Notes under the pieces: model-generated | Told to the model about the DNA's origin: nothing | What the model saw: only the letters and a program-made list of their open reading frames with translations | The model's database searches: none | Assembly: GCA_951406725.2 (NCBI GenBank) | Contig: OX597830.1 | Coordinates: forward strand, 2,604,001 to 2,668,000 | Reading direction: 5' to 3' | DNA length: 64,000 bases | Source: Octopus vulgaris | Taxonomy: Eukaryota | Made by a program: the position numbers and the translations under genes | Shown: positions 1 to 11,953 of the stretch, in pieces | How positions within the stretch are numbered: the stretch's first letter is position 1 | Layout of the letters: every line of letters begins with the position of its first letter

Positions 1-49
1 TATAGATGAATTGATTATTCTGTGTGTGTTGTCTCCATTTTCTTTATGC

Positions 50-113
<64 letters not shown>

Positions 114-132
114 GTATGTATATATAAATATA

Positions 133-587
133 TCATCATCATCATCGTTTAACGTCCGCTTTCCATGCTAGCATGGGTTGGACGATTTGACTGAGGAATG
201 GCGAACAAGATGGCTGCACCAGGCTCCAATCTGATCTGGCAGAGTTTCTACAGCTGCAGCTGGATGCCATTCCTAACGCCAACCACTCCGAGAGTGTAGT
301 GGGTGCATTTATGTGCCACCGGCATGAGGGCCAGTCAGGCAGTACTGGCAACAGCCACACTCAAATGGTGTTTTTTACATGCCACCTGCACAGAAGCCAG
401 TCCATCGGCACTGGTAACAACCTCGCTTGAATGTTTTGTTCACGTGCCACCAACACAAGCACCAGTAAGGCGATGCTGGTAATGATCTTGCTTGAATGGT
501 GCTTTTTACATGCCACTGGCATGGAAGCCAGTTAGCTACTCTGGCAACAATCATTCTCATATAGTCTCTTAGTGCTCCACTAGCCCA
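133..587 (-). mobile_element. RTE LINE 3' end/3'UTR fragment with (GAT)n tail and tandem ~55-60 bp repeats
   Basis: Same sequence (catcatcatcgtttaacgtccgctttccatgctagcatgggttggac...ggatgcc.ttcctaacgccaaccactcc) as the 3' ends of the RT-bearing RTE copies at 12030 and 16219. Confidence 0.8.
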
Positions 588-598
588 ATATATGTATG

Positions 599-633
<35 letters not shown>

Positions 634-637
<4 letters not shown>

Positions 638-1247
638 TAATGGTGAATTGAAGAAATGGAGCTGAACGAAGATTGAACAGAAATCGTTTTATTTCATTCT
701 ACACGTGTTTCGAAAGGCACAATTTACCAAAATCCGATTGAATAATGAGACCATATTGTGTCTTTCTCTTCAGGAAGAAATAGGAAATCCGTTGGAAAAC
801 AAAAACAGAACAGAGGCGGAGCAAAACAAATCGAACTAGGCTCCTAAGAGCCCATGGCAAAACTGTTTATCAGTGTATGTTGAGAACCGGTGGCTGAAGA
901 ATTTAACGGGTCAGGCAGCGGTCATTCATGTGGGTGAGGGTGTGTAGATGTTCTTTGTGACCGAGAATAAAGTTCTGACTATTTAAGGAATATTGGATGT
1001 TTTATAAGGGGCGAGAAAAAATCTACTTAGAGACATGTGTGTGTATACTGTTCTATATATGTGTGTGCTGGCGTAGGTTGGTAAGACCTCCGTCAAGGGG
1101 CAGAGAACATTTTTTGTGTACGTGTGTGCGTTTGATCGCTCGGCTGTCAGTGGTTAAGCCGCTCTACACAATGGCTACTGCAGTAAGAACCGTTGGGTGG
1201 CAGGAAAAAATATATTATGTTTTATGTGTGTGTGTGTTCGTCTGAAC
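634..1247 (-). repeat. Left inverted repeat (inverted pLTR), 614 bp
   Basis: Reverse complement of 3788-4401 (x pairs with 5035-x); one mismatch seen by eye (G1204 vs T3831). Confidence 0.95.
676..793 (-). ncRNA. Type I hammerhead ribozyme (antisense copy in left inverted repeat)
   Basis: Reverse complement of the HHR at 4242-4359. Confidence 0.85.
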
Positions 1248-1270
1248 ATTAATAGAACGGACATTAATAA

Positions 1271-3634
1271 AAGGACATTAATAGAACGGACGGAGTCCTG
1301 GTCCAGTCCGACAAGACCAGGAACACATACAAGCTACCCATTAAGCAGTACCTAGATTTACTCGGTAAAGAGATCAAGAAAAATTATAGAAAAACCAATT
1401 GGAGTACCCTGAGGAAGGTAAACTTGGAAATTAAGGAAATAATATTTAAACACCGAATTCAAATGAGAACTCAGCCGCTTAGCCCTAAGCAACCCAGATT
1501 TATAGTGAAGGACCATAAACCGAACTTCCACACCAACCCAGCGCTAAGACTCATATGCCCTGCTAGATCTGATATCGGGATAATCAGTAAGTACATTTTA
1601 GATAAATATATCCCTAGTTTAGTAAACAAGCTGAAGCTCAGTCTCTGGGCCAACTCCTCGCAGGTAGTGAAGTGGTTCTCTTCCATCCCCAATAAGAACC
1701 GTACTAGGTTCATTCAGTTTGATATCGCCAGCTTCTACCCCTCGACTAACCCTAGTGTGCTAAATAAGGCCCTTTGGCATGCTCACAACAAGGCTGGCCT
1801 CACCAGAGAAGAGATAGATATCATTTTAGTTGCCAGGAAATCGTTTATTAAGTTTGATAATAAGTTGTGGATCCGTAAAGATACTCCCAATGAATTTGAT
1901 GTGCCTATGGGTAGTTCGGATAGTGCGCAGATAGCCGATTTGGTCGGAATATATATTCTCTACGAATTGTCCGACCAATTCCCGGAGATCGCGGGCGGCC
2001 TGTATCGTGACGATTGTCTGTTTTACCTGCAAAACACCACGAACAGAATAGTGCAGAAAACTAAGAGCAGGTTAGCTAGGTTTTTTAATAGAATGGGCAT
2101 GAGTATAGTTTTTGATAATGAACTCACCAAGGCTAATTTCCTAGACGTTACACTTAACCTTAATAGCGACTCATACTGCCCTTACCATAAGCCTTCCACT
2201 AATTTGAAGTATGTCAGTGTCTTCTCAAATCATGCCAAAACCGTAACAGACAATTTGGTTAAAAACATCTCTCTAAGATTGTCTGGCTTGTCCGCCAGTG
2301 CCGATATTTTTATGCAGAAAGCGGAATTTTATAACGCCGCTCTATCCAAGGCCGGTTATAGGCAGAAGGTAATTTATATTGATCCGGCCCTTCCGATGCC
2401 ATCATTCGGTCATCAGGATAGGGCCGTCTATAATAACATTAACAATTTAAGTAAGGACGGGAGCGCGGCGGATGCCGGGGCAGTCGCTCCCGCATTTAAT
2501 TTAGCGAACAAGGATAATTACCGGTCCAGGAGATCTCACACTAACCCAAGACCCGTTATTCATCCGAGAATCACCCACCCGAATGCGAGAGCTGGTGTCC
2601 CGACCCATCACACAGATAGGAATAAGCATATATGGTTTGTAATTCCCTTTGGTAAGCAGATTAGAACTAACCTCCCCCTCATGTTTAGACAAGCCATCGC
2701 CAATAACTTCCCCAGAAATTCCAAATATTACTCCACGGTTAACTCGCATAAAGTTAGGATAGCTTTCTCCAACACTAAAAACCTCGCCCAGATAATCGCC
2801 TCCCATAATAATAGGCTACTTACTAAGACCCTATCACCTTTTTCCGGAGGCACAGCCTCTTCCGCTCCCGGTTTAATGCTCAGTAGGAATAATTATAGTA
2901 GTAATAATGATATGAGAGCCAGTACAGTGACACATAATCTCAGCTCCAGCCAGGGAGTACCCACTAGGGGTATAGTTATAAATAGGGGTGTTGTGGTTGA
3001 CGGTAACAATGGGAGTAGGGTAGAGAGCCCCAATAGCAACCCCAGCATCATTTCCCGCAATAGCAGCACCACGGGCACTAGCAATGACAGCACTCTGATA
3101 GATAGTGGAGAATCAGGGGTTATTCCTATAGTTAATAGTGACGTAGTGGAAAATAGAGTAGTGAGCGGCTGCAGTTCTCGGAACGAATATAGTGACAGGA
3201 ACGCAGTTCTAATTTCAGAAACTAATCCTAGCAGAATAAGATTCACGTCGGCGAACTCCAAGATCAAAAACGCCGTCTACCAATGCAAGGTTTACACGGA
3301 CTCAGATGTCTACACTTATGTAGGAGCCTCATCGTCAAGATTGGCTTTGCGAGTCTCCAACCATTACGCAACTTTTCGGGACATGAACAAGCGCCAGACC
3401 ACGGGACTCAGCAAGCTAATATGGCGATTGAAGGATACGAACTCAAGCTACAGGCTGGAATGGTCAATTTTGTCGGTGGCCCTCCCATTTGATAGGGGCA
3501 GAAGGCAGTGCAACCTTTGTGTCTCCGAACTCTTCCATATTTTGTTTGCCAGAGGCCGGATGGTAAACGGGCTTTTACAGTCGGTTTTTCGATGCCCCCA
3601 TTGGCGGCGTTACACTTATCTGGCTTTTAAATAG
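1271..3634 (+). CDS. PLE reverse transcriptase / GIY-YIG endonuclease polyprotein (5'-truncated, no ATG start; frame stays open ~50 codons upstream of the track's TTG at 1424)
   Basis: VQSDKTRNTY; RLICPARSDIG; FIQFDIASFYPS; FDVPMGS; GLYRDD; NFLDVTLNL; YHKP; C-terminal AVY..YVG..R..NH, CNLCVSE, CPH. Confidence 0.92.
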   Translation, partial: KDINRTDGVLVQSDKTRNTYKLPIKQYLDLLGKEIKKNYRKTNWSTLRKVNLEIKEIIFKHRIQMRTQPLSPKQPRFIVKDHKPNFHTNPALRLICPARSDIGIISKYILDKYIPSLVNKLKLSLWANSSQVVKWFSSIPNKNRTRFIQFDIASFYPSTNPSVLNKALWHAHNKAGLTREEIDIILVARKSFIKFDNKLWIRKDTPNEFDVPMGSSDSAQIADLVGIYILYELSDQFPEIAGGLYRDDCLFYLQNTTNRIVQKTKSRLARFFNRMGMSIVFDNELTKANFLDVTLNLNSDSYCPYHKPSTNLKYVSVFSNHAKTVTDNLVKNISLRLSGLSASADIFMQKAEFYNAALSKAGYRQKVIYIDPALPMPSFGHQDRAVYNNINNLSKDGSAADAGAVAPAFNLANKDNYRSRRSHTNPRPVIHPRITHPNARAGVPTHHTDRNKHIWFVIPFGKQIRTNLPLMFRQAIANNFPRNSKYYSTVNSHKVRIAFSNTKNLAQIIASHNNRLLTKTLSPFSGGTASSAPGLMLSRNNYSSNNDMRASTVTHNLSSSQGVPTRGIVINRGVVVDGNNGSRVESPNSNPSIISRNSSTTGTSNDSTLIDSGESGVIPIVNSDVVENRVVSGCSSRNEYSDRNAVLISETNPSRIRFTSANSKIKNAVYQCKVYTDSDVYTYVGASSSRLALRVSNHYATFRDMNKRQTTGLSKLIWRLKDTNSSYRLEWSILSVALPFDRGRRQCNLCVSELFHILFARGRMVNGLLQSVFRCPHWRRYTYLAFK

Positions 3635-3787
3635 CGTTTATAAATAATACCTGCACCCATAGCCCTTGGTAACAAATTCTGAAATAGCCTTTAAGATAAT
3701 TACGATTAACCACTGCAAGGGGAATTACTCCTGTAAGATAAACGGGGCTTGGTTTTTTGACAACGGGGGGTTACCTTGAAAAGGTAG

Positions 3788-4401
3788 GTTCAGACGAACA
3801 CACACACACATAAAACATAATATATTTTTTTCTGCCACCCAACGGTTCTTACTGCAGTAGCCATTGTGTAGAGCGGCTTAACCACTGACAGCCGAGCGAT
3901 CAAACGCACACACGTACACAAAAAATGTTCTCTGCCCCTTGACGGAGGTCTTACCAACCTACGCCAGCACACACATATATAGAACAGTATACACACACAT
4001 GTCTCTAAGTAGATTTTTTCTCGCCCCTTATAAAACATCCAATATTCCTTAAATAGTCAGAACTTTATTCTCGGTCACAAAGAACATCTACACACCCTCA
4101 CCCACATGAATGACCGCTGCCTGACCCGTTAAATTCTTCAGCCACCGGTTCTCAACATACACTGATAAACAGTTTTGCCATGGGCTCTTAGGAGCCTAGT
4201 TCGATTTGTTTTGCTCCGCCTCTGTTCTGTTTTTGTTTTCCAACGGATTTCCTATTTCTTCCTGAAGAGAAAGACACAATATGGTCTCATTATTCAATCG
4301 GATTTTGGTAAATTGTGCCTTTCGAAACACGTGTAGAATGAAATAAAACGATTTCTGTTCAATCTTCGTTCAGCTCCATTTCTTCAATTCACCATTAATA
4401 T
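3788..4401 (+). repeat. Right pLTR (sense copy of the 614-bp inverted repeat)
   Basis: Reverse complement of 634-1247. Confidence 0.95.
4242..4359 (+). ncRNA. Type I hammerhead ribozyme in PLE pLTR; predicted cleavage after GUA (A4335)
   Basis: CUGAAGA 4262-4268; stem II gaaagacacaat/attgtgcctttc; GAAA 4324-4327; stem III C-ACGU-G with palindromic loop; stem I tatttc-ttc/gaa-t-gaaata plus aacgga/tctgtt. Confidence 0.88.
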
Positions 4402-4580
4402 TTTAATTTCAATTATCCGCACCAACGCACGGTTGCAACACCATATGGTTGTACCTCCAACCGTACTGTCTTCTGCTGTGATTTTTGCTACCAAGGTATC
4501 GGTTAAACTTTTGATTAATCTGCTACAAGATTATTCATCTTTCTATTTCACATAATATATATGTATATATATATATATAT

Positions 4581-5364
4581 ATGGACATTTTTAATAGTGT
4601 TGCCCCAGTATATAATAAGGCTTTAAAAGATAGTGGTTTTAGCGAAAATATAAAATATACACCTGTTACTAGCCCAACAGTAAAGAAGAGGAAAAATAGA
4701 AATAGGAAGATCATCTGGTTTACACCCCCTTACTCACCCAAGGTGACCTTCAATGTAAGTAAATATTTCTTAGCACTGATAGATAGACATTTTCCAATTA
4801 ACCATATCTATAGGAAGCTTTTCAATAAACACAATTTAAAAATTAGTTTTAGTTCAACTACCAATTTAAAAAATATAATCGCACATAACACACAAAAACC
4901 GCAACACGAAAACAGCTGTTCATGCAGGAATAAAAAGCTGTGCCGGCTAAATGGAGCTTGCATGTCTGAGACCATCATCTATGAAGCTACCGTTGACTCT
5001 ATAACCACTAAAGACACCGTTTCGACGAAGAAATACTTGGGCCTTACAGAGGGTAATTTCAAGGCCAGGTTCAATAACCACACCTTGAGTTTTAGGCACT
5101 GGAACAAAAGAAAAGCGACAAAATTATCTAATCAGATTTGGTCTTTAAAAGATAAAGGTGTCGATTATAACATCCATTGGAAGATTTTGGCCAAATGTAA
5201 GCCCTACACCAACGGCAGCGGAAAGTGCGGTCTATGCGACATGGAGAGATGGCTTATCTGGAAAAGCAGCTACATGTCTAAACTCAAGGAGAGAACTTTT
5301 CGAATCATGCCCGCATATGGCAAAATTTTTGTTACATTTTTGGTCCCCCCAAGAATACCGATAG
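4581..5364 (+). pseudogene. PLE C-terminal fragment with CxCx5C knuckle and GIY-YIG endonuclease; frameshift near 5270
   Basis: YNKALKDSGF; RKIIWFTPPYS; CSCRNKKLCRLNGAC; IIY..YLGLTEGNFKARFNNH; CGLCDME; the true end LNSRRELFESCPH lies in another frame (ORF 5158-5364). Confidence 0.88.
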
Positions 5365-6144
5365 AACTTGTTTTCTATATTATGTCCAAAAAAAGTTTTT
5401 TTATCTCATTGTACCTTTTATTTTTTCATATATTTTTATATTTTTACACATAATCATTTTTTCTGTACTCTTCCATCCTGCATTTTTTCTTGTGCCTATA
5501 TAGACGTGTATATAGATTCATCTCTACGCATGTGTGAATATGTATGAGTGGGCAGGTATGTATGTATATAGATGTGTGCGTGTATGCGGGCATAAGAATA
5601 CATATATATATATATGCATTTTACTCAGTATTTTTACAATTTTTTCGGTTTTTTGGGGCGTTAGTATAATCCTTTTATTTGTGTATGTGTGTGTGTGTAT
5701 GCATATATAAACATGTGCGGGTATGTACATATATGGGTGTGTGTGCGTGCATAAGGGCATGTCCGTATATGAACGTGGTTTTACGCTTTGTATACTTCCT
5801 TATGTTTTTTTTGTATTGTTGCTTTTTTTCTGTATTGTTACATTTAACCATGTTTTTTCTTGTGCTTGTGCGTATATAGACGTATGTATGAACTTTTACG
5901 GCACGCGTGTGTGAATGATTGGCGAAAAATGTGAGTGAAGATGTGTACGTTTTCATAGTGACGTATATGTATGCACGTGGTGGCCGAGCGCACATGCGTG
6001 CTTATGAGTAGGCATGCTTACGTGTTTACTATGAACTTTTAGCCTTATTTTAATTAGCGATCATTGGATTAGCGCTTTTATATAAGTAGCGGAATTATAA
6101 CACAGTAATTTCCCTTTGTATAACGGTCTTTTTTCATAGCGTTT

Positions 6145-6229
6145 TTCAGATGGCCAGATAACCGAAGAGATGGTGTTGTGGATTTCCACTTCGGCATCTG
6201 AAACTCAGAGTTTTTTCTTGGCTATTGAA
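6145..6229 (+). ncRNA. Degenerate/variant hammerhead-like motif (core CCGAAGA)
   Basis: Stem I ttca-atggcca/tggctat-tgaa; CCGAAGA 6162-6168; stem II gatg..gtgg/ccac..catc; GAAA-CTCAGAG-TT; expected position in PLE 3' region. Confidence 0.5.
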
Positions 6230-6324
6230 TAATTGAAACATATTATTTTAAAGATAAATTTCCTCTATTTACATAATATTGAGGTCTCTTTCTTTCTTTT
6301 GTTATCTTACCGTTTTTGCCAATA

Positions 6325-6372
<48 letters not shown>

Positions 6373-6376
<4 letters not shown>

Positions 6377-6676
6377 GGGCACATGGCCTTGTGGGTTTTG
6401 GTGTTGTGCTCATGATTGTCAGATCACGATTTCAGTTCCTTGACTGAGTCGAGCATTGTGTTCTTGAGCAAAACACTTCATCTGATGTTGCACTGCGATT
6501 ACTTCAAACACCTAATCTGTGGTACCTGGTGTACCTCTTCTGGCAATGTCAGTTTCATGGGGAGAGTGAGCTAGTGGACACCATGAATATTTGATCACTG
6601 TAAGCAAAGCATTTGTGCAGGTCATTCAGCAAAAGCTGGACGCTCATACATCATCTCTGATGGGAGAGTCCAGCAC
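6373..6676 (+). mobile_element. Degenerate tRNA-derived SINE
   Basis: tRNA-like head (catggccttgtgg...) followed by the gtgttcttgagcaaaacactt SINE body motif; (TA)n flanks. Confidence 0.55.
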
Positions 6677-6857
6677 ATATGTATGTATATATATATATTA
6701 TAGTCTGTTAAAATGATTTCATAAGCACATAAAACATCCAAGGGTCATACAAATAAGCTTAGGTCATAAATATAAATTTAATATTTGCTTAATATTTACT
6801 GAGTAATAATTGAAACAGCTGTAAGTGAAGAAAGAAAGAAAGAAAGAGACAGGCAGA

Positions 6858-6858
6858 C

Positions 6859-6952
<94 letters not shown>

Positions 6953-6972
6953 GTAGGTAGGTAGGTAGGTAG
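6858..6972. repeat. (AGAT)n/(AGGT)n tetranucleotide microsatellite
   Basis: Direct reading; explains the YLSI ORFs. Confidence 0.95.
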
Positions 6973-7768
6973 TAAGAAAAACAGACATATGTACATTTAT
7001 ATTTATATATAGATATATACTTAAATGTGCACAAACTCAAATACACTGACACACAACACATCTACACACATATATGTATATAAACGTACATATCTACACA
7101 TATCCATGTGAACATATGCGTGAATGTGAATATATGTGTGTGTGTATGTGTGTGAGTGTGCATGTGCCTGTAGACATGTATACAACAATACAGTTTATTT
7201 TTATATTACTCGGCTGTTATTTTCTATTTTTAACCCTATGATGCCTTTCGTTAATAATTCATGATGCTTCAACCAATATGATCTTACAGAAGACAAAAAG
7301 GAAAACAAACAAATGAGAAATATATAAAATGACAAAACCAAAAGCTTGTCCAAGCTCTACAGATTCTTTAGGATTCAACACCATTATTGCATGCAGGCAA
7401 TTATAATATCTGGCAGCTGTGGCAACTTTTTCTGTTTTGCTTTTAGACTTGCCAATAATATTTTTTCTTTTTCTGCATATTAATAATTTAGACATTATAA
7501 GGTGAAATGGTCAAATAGAACTTTTTATTTGTTGCAGAAATTTCTTTTACAACTGGATATGCTTTTCCTAAGTATTGAACTATGAAGTAGGAACAGCACT
7601 TATTTGTTTCAAACAGGCAAACCATAAGAAGCAGAGTTAAGAAACTTGTTTAAGAGTAAAGCAAATTGAGTGTTGAATCAGTGGGTCAGGTCTCCTTTAT
7701 CTTATACTTATTGCTACTTTTACACACACACACACATGAACACACACACACACACACACACATATATA

Positions 7769-7799
<31 letters not shown>

Positions 7800-7810
7800 A
7801 ATACATATCT

Positions 7811-8028
7811 TTTATCTTTTACTTGTTTCAGTCATTAGTCTGTGGCCATGCTGGGGCAGCACAGTAAAAATGTTAGTTGAATGAAACAACCACAATTGTT
7901 TTGTTTTGTTTTCTTTTTTAAGCCTGGTACATATTCTATCAGTTTCTTTTGCTGAACCACTATGCCACAGGGATGTAAACAAACCAACACTGGTTGTCAA
8001 GAGCAAACAGACACAAACACAGATACAA

Positions 8029-8059
<31 letters not shown>

Positions 8060-8200
8060 CACACACACATTCATGTACCAAATCCACTCACAAGGTTTTG
8101 GTTGGCTTAAGGTTATAGTGGAAGACACTTGCTCCAGGAGATACTGAATGGGATTGAACCTAGAGCCATGTGGCCTGGAAGCAAACCCCTTACCACACAA
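7811..8200 (-). mobile_element. tRNA-derived SINE family A, diverged
   Basis: Reverse complement of the family-A sequence (ttttacttgtttcagtcatt...ccaaatccactcacaagg...gggattgaacc). Confidence 0.8.
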
Positions 8201-8812
8201 CCTGAATTATAACAGATAAGATTTATGTCCCTCACAAAACTGATACTTTTGTAGAACTCTGTTATATATTTCTTCTGTAATGCTGAGCAGGTAAGACGTT
8301 TGCTTTCCAACCACGAGATACTGAGTTCAATCCAGTTGTGCAATACTTTGGTCGACTTTTCTTTATCTTCTCATTTCTCCATAATTTTGACTCAAGTAGA
8401 TTCTTATGAGTTAAATATGGTGGGAAGAAATTATGTGAGAATCCTGTCAGATGGTTTAATGGATTAGGTATATGAGTTCCAGGCACAGTCCAAGTCTATT
8501 CATGGCATGTTTGTGACATTGTATCAATCAATGTGACAAGGGACAAAAATGGATGGCCTCGTTCACCTTGCTGTAAATATATGAAGTTCACTTACTTTGG
8601 TAGATAAAAACTAAGTAACAAATAAAAACAATTACTCACCACATCTGTAATGTGCCAGAAATCTGTAGAGACGTTTGCTTCCACTGAATACCAGAAGTTG
8701 GATTATCGTTTGTATGGGAACAAAATTTGCTTAGGGCTTGCAAACCCAGGCCCAAATTGTTTTACAAATAAGGGCGATTTCTTTTCAATTTTGATATCAA
8801 AACAAAGGCAGG

Positions 8813-8865
<53 letters not shown>

Positions 8866-8899
8866 TAATAATAATAATGATAATAATAATAATAATAAT

Positions 8900-11800
8900 C
8901 TCAACCACCTATACTATGCATCCGCGAAAATCTCAACGATCCTATGTGGTGTAAAGATTAGAAAACGGCAACAGTCCCACAAAAAGCCTTCTTGGCAAGA
9001 GCGTCTGCAACAACAAATTTAGATCTGACATTGAATATTTGAAAAACCTTAAGGTTCATAAGACTACCAAACCTACAAAAACCCAAAAATTACTGAAAAA
9101 ATACAATATGAAAACTATACTTGATATTGATGCCACCATAGAAACCATCAAGCAAAAGGTATCTGCTAAAGCTGCCCGCATAGTGAGGTATGAAAAGCGT
9201 ATTAGATTCTTCAGGGACAATAACATGTTAAAAAATAACCCCAAAAGTTTTTACAGGAAGATAGGAAAAACAACAGTTACTGTAAAGTCTGTACCATCAA
9301 AAGAAGAAGTGCAGGGATTTTGGAATAAAATTTGGGCAGAAGAAAAAACACACAGCGAAAAGGCCCCCGGGATTGATAGAATATCTAAAGAACTGGACTC
9401 CTTAGAAGAGCAAAAGTGGGAAGGTGTCAAGGTAGAAGATATAAGATCTGCTCTCAGGAGGTCAAGCAAATGGAAGTCTCCAGGAAAGGATAAAATCCCT
9501 AACTTTTGGTTGAATGCCTTCCCAGAGAGCCATGAACTGCTAACAGAACTTTACAATGATGTTTTGCAACACCCTAGTAGGATGCCTCCTTGGCTAGTTA
9601 ATGGGTTAACATTCCTGCTTACAAAAAGTGAAGAAACAAATGAACCAAAAAACTATAGACCCATAACCTGCTTAACAACTATGTATAAAACACTAACATC
9701 TGTCCTGACGGAATATACCTATAGTTTTTTGACAGACTGCAGCATATTCCCTAATGAACAGAAAGGATGTAAACATGGATCCTACGGTTGTAAAGATCAA
9801 CTACTCATCGATAAGATGATCTCAGAAGATTGTCACAAACGACACAAAAACTTATCAATAGCCTGGATAGACTATAAAAAGGCTTTTGATAGCCTACCAC
9901 ATAGCTGGATTAATAAATGCCTAGAAATGTATAAGATAGCACCTGCTCTGCGAAACTTTTTGTCTGTAAGTATGAGATCATGGAGAACCACACTAACTCT
10001 GAACAGTGACAATGAATCTCTAAATGCTGGTGATGTAAAAATCTCGTGTGGCATTTTCCAGGGTGACTCACTATCACCGCTCCTCTTCTGTTTAAACTTA
10101 ATACCTCTCTCAAAACTTCTCAATGATGCGCAGTACGGATATAAAATGTTTGATAAAAATATAAATCATCTCATTTACATGGATGATTTAAAGCTCTTTG
10201 CAAAAAATGACCAACAACTCAAGGGCTTACTAGCGATTGTTAAACAATTCAGTAATGACATCAGAATGCAATTTGGCTTCGATAAGTGTGCAAAAGCTAC
10301 CTTTATCAAAGGAAAAATGACAGAAACATCTAACGTTAACCTTGACCAGCAGAATGTCATAAAAGAACTAGACCCAGCGGAGAGCTACAAGTACCTAGGG
10401 GTAATTGAAGGGAACGGAATAAGGCATTCAGAGATGAAGGAAAGGATCAGGAGAGAATGCTATCGAAGAGTGAGAGCAATACTCAAGACAGCTGAATGCA
10501 AGAAACAGGATTGAAGCGATCAATGCTTTAGCCATACCAGTTGTGACTTACAGTTTCAATATCGTTAACTGGTCAATTACTGAAATATGTAATCGTGACA
10601 GAAAAATACGAAAACTGTTGACAATGCATAGAATGCACCACCCTAAGGCAGATACAGAACGACTTTATCTGTCAAGAAAAGAGGGAGGCTGTGGACTTTT
10701 ACAACTGGCAATAACAATGAAGATTGCTACAATTGGCCTAGACACCTACCCTGAAAAACTCTGAGGACTGGATATTAAAACTTGTCTCAAAACATGAAAA
10801 CAAGAAAGCATCATACTCAGTAACAAAACAGGCAAAGGAACATCTAAGTGAATTCCGAATACAACAAATTTCGGAATTAGAGATAGACATACAAGAAACA
10901 GGCACAGAAAAAGTTAAGCGCATGAAAACACGTGCTAAATCTGCGGCCTTAGATATTCTGAATGATAAATGGCAAGAAAAACCTCTCTATGGCAAATACC
11001 CAAAGAGAGTGAATGATGCAGATGTTGACAAAGCCCTGACCCATCAATGGCTAATGGCCTCTGGCTTAAAATCTGAAACAGAGGGGTTTATCATAGCAGC
11101 TCAAGATCAATGCCTACCAACAAGAAAGTACCAGGCCAACATATTAAAGATCTGAAGCAGTCCAACGTGTCGTGTATGCAAGCAACAAAATGAAACCATT
11201 GACCATGTGGTCTCCAAGTGCAGTCTTCTAGCGCCTACAGAGTATCTCAACAGGCACGATAGAGCTGCACAATATATTCACTGGGTAATCTGCAAAAATC
11301 TGGATTTGCCCCATGAAAAAAACTGGTGGGAACACAAACCACCCCCAGTGCTTGAAAATGACCACATCTCACTCCTCTGGAACTTCACCATTCAAACTGA
11401 CAGAAAGATAGATGCAAATAGGCCAGACATCATATTGAAAGACTTCAAACAAAGAACATGCCTCCTCATTGATATGACTGTCCCAATTGATATAAACGTA
11501 TCTGTCAAGACCTACCAAAAACTGAGCAAATATAAAGATCTTGAAATAGAAATCAGCAAAATGTGGAACCTGAAGACTAAAACAATACCTGTTGTCATAG
11601 GTGCCCTGGGAATGATAGCAAAAGGGGCTGATTGCTACCCAACTCAGATACCAGGAAACCCCACAATGGCAAAAATTCAAAAGATAGTGCTCATGGGAAC
11701 TGCTCATATCCTACACAAAATACTTTCTATGTAATCTCAAGGTTTAAAACAAACATAATTTTCGGTTTACAAAAAAGAACAAAAAAAAAAAAAAAACTTT

Positions 11801-11953
11801 TTTTAGACATTCATTAGTACACCCCCACCCAAAAAAAAATATATGGCACACTGGGCATAACAACAACATGAACTTCCAACCCTGTTGTCTCTTGAGGTCT
11901 CTGGGTGGGACTTGGAGCCAACTTGTACAAATATAAAGCAAAAGTCAAACATA

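Larger units (their letters stand above)
634..4552 (+). mobile_element. Penelope-like retroelement (Naiad-like), 5'-truncated, with inverted pLTR copy at the 5' end and ~150-bp 3' tail; inserted in (TA)n
   Basis: RT + GIY-YIG ORF; inverted repeats 634-1247/3788-4401; hammerhead motif in each repeat; (TA)n on both flanks. Confidence 0.92.
4581..6322 (+). mobile_element. Second Penelope-like (Naiad-like) element, 5'-truncated: thumb/linker + GIY-YIG + long 3' region
   Basis: ORF 4581-5453; (TA)n flanks; degenerate HHR near the 3' end. Confidence 0.85.

Noticed and set aside
997-1245. Twin 82-aa ORFs (997-1245 + and 3790-4038 -)
   Set aside because: They are mirror images caused by the inverted repeat, are antisense to the PLE 3' region and contain no domain
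1271-3634. Selenoprotein-type (UGA readthrough) Naiad ORF
   Set aside because: No in-frame TGA in the retained ORF, which ends at TAG; no SECIS identified
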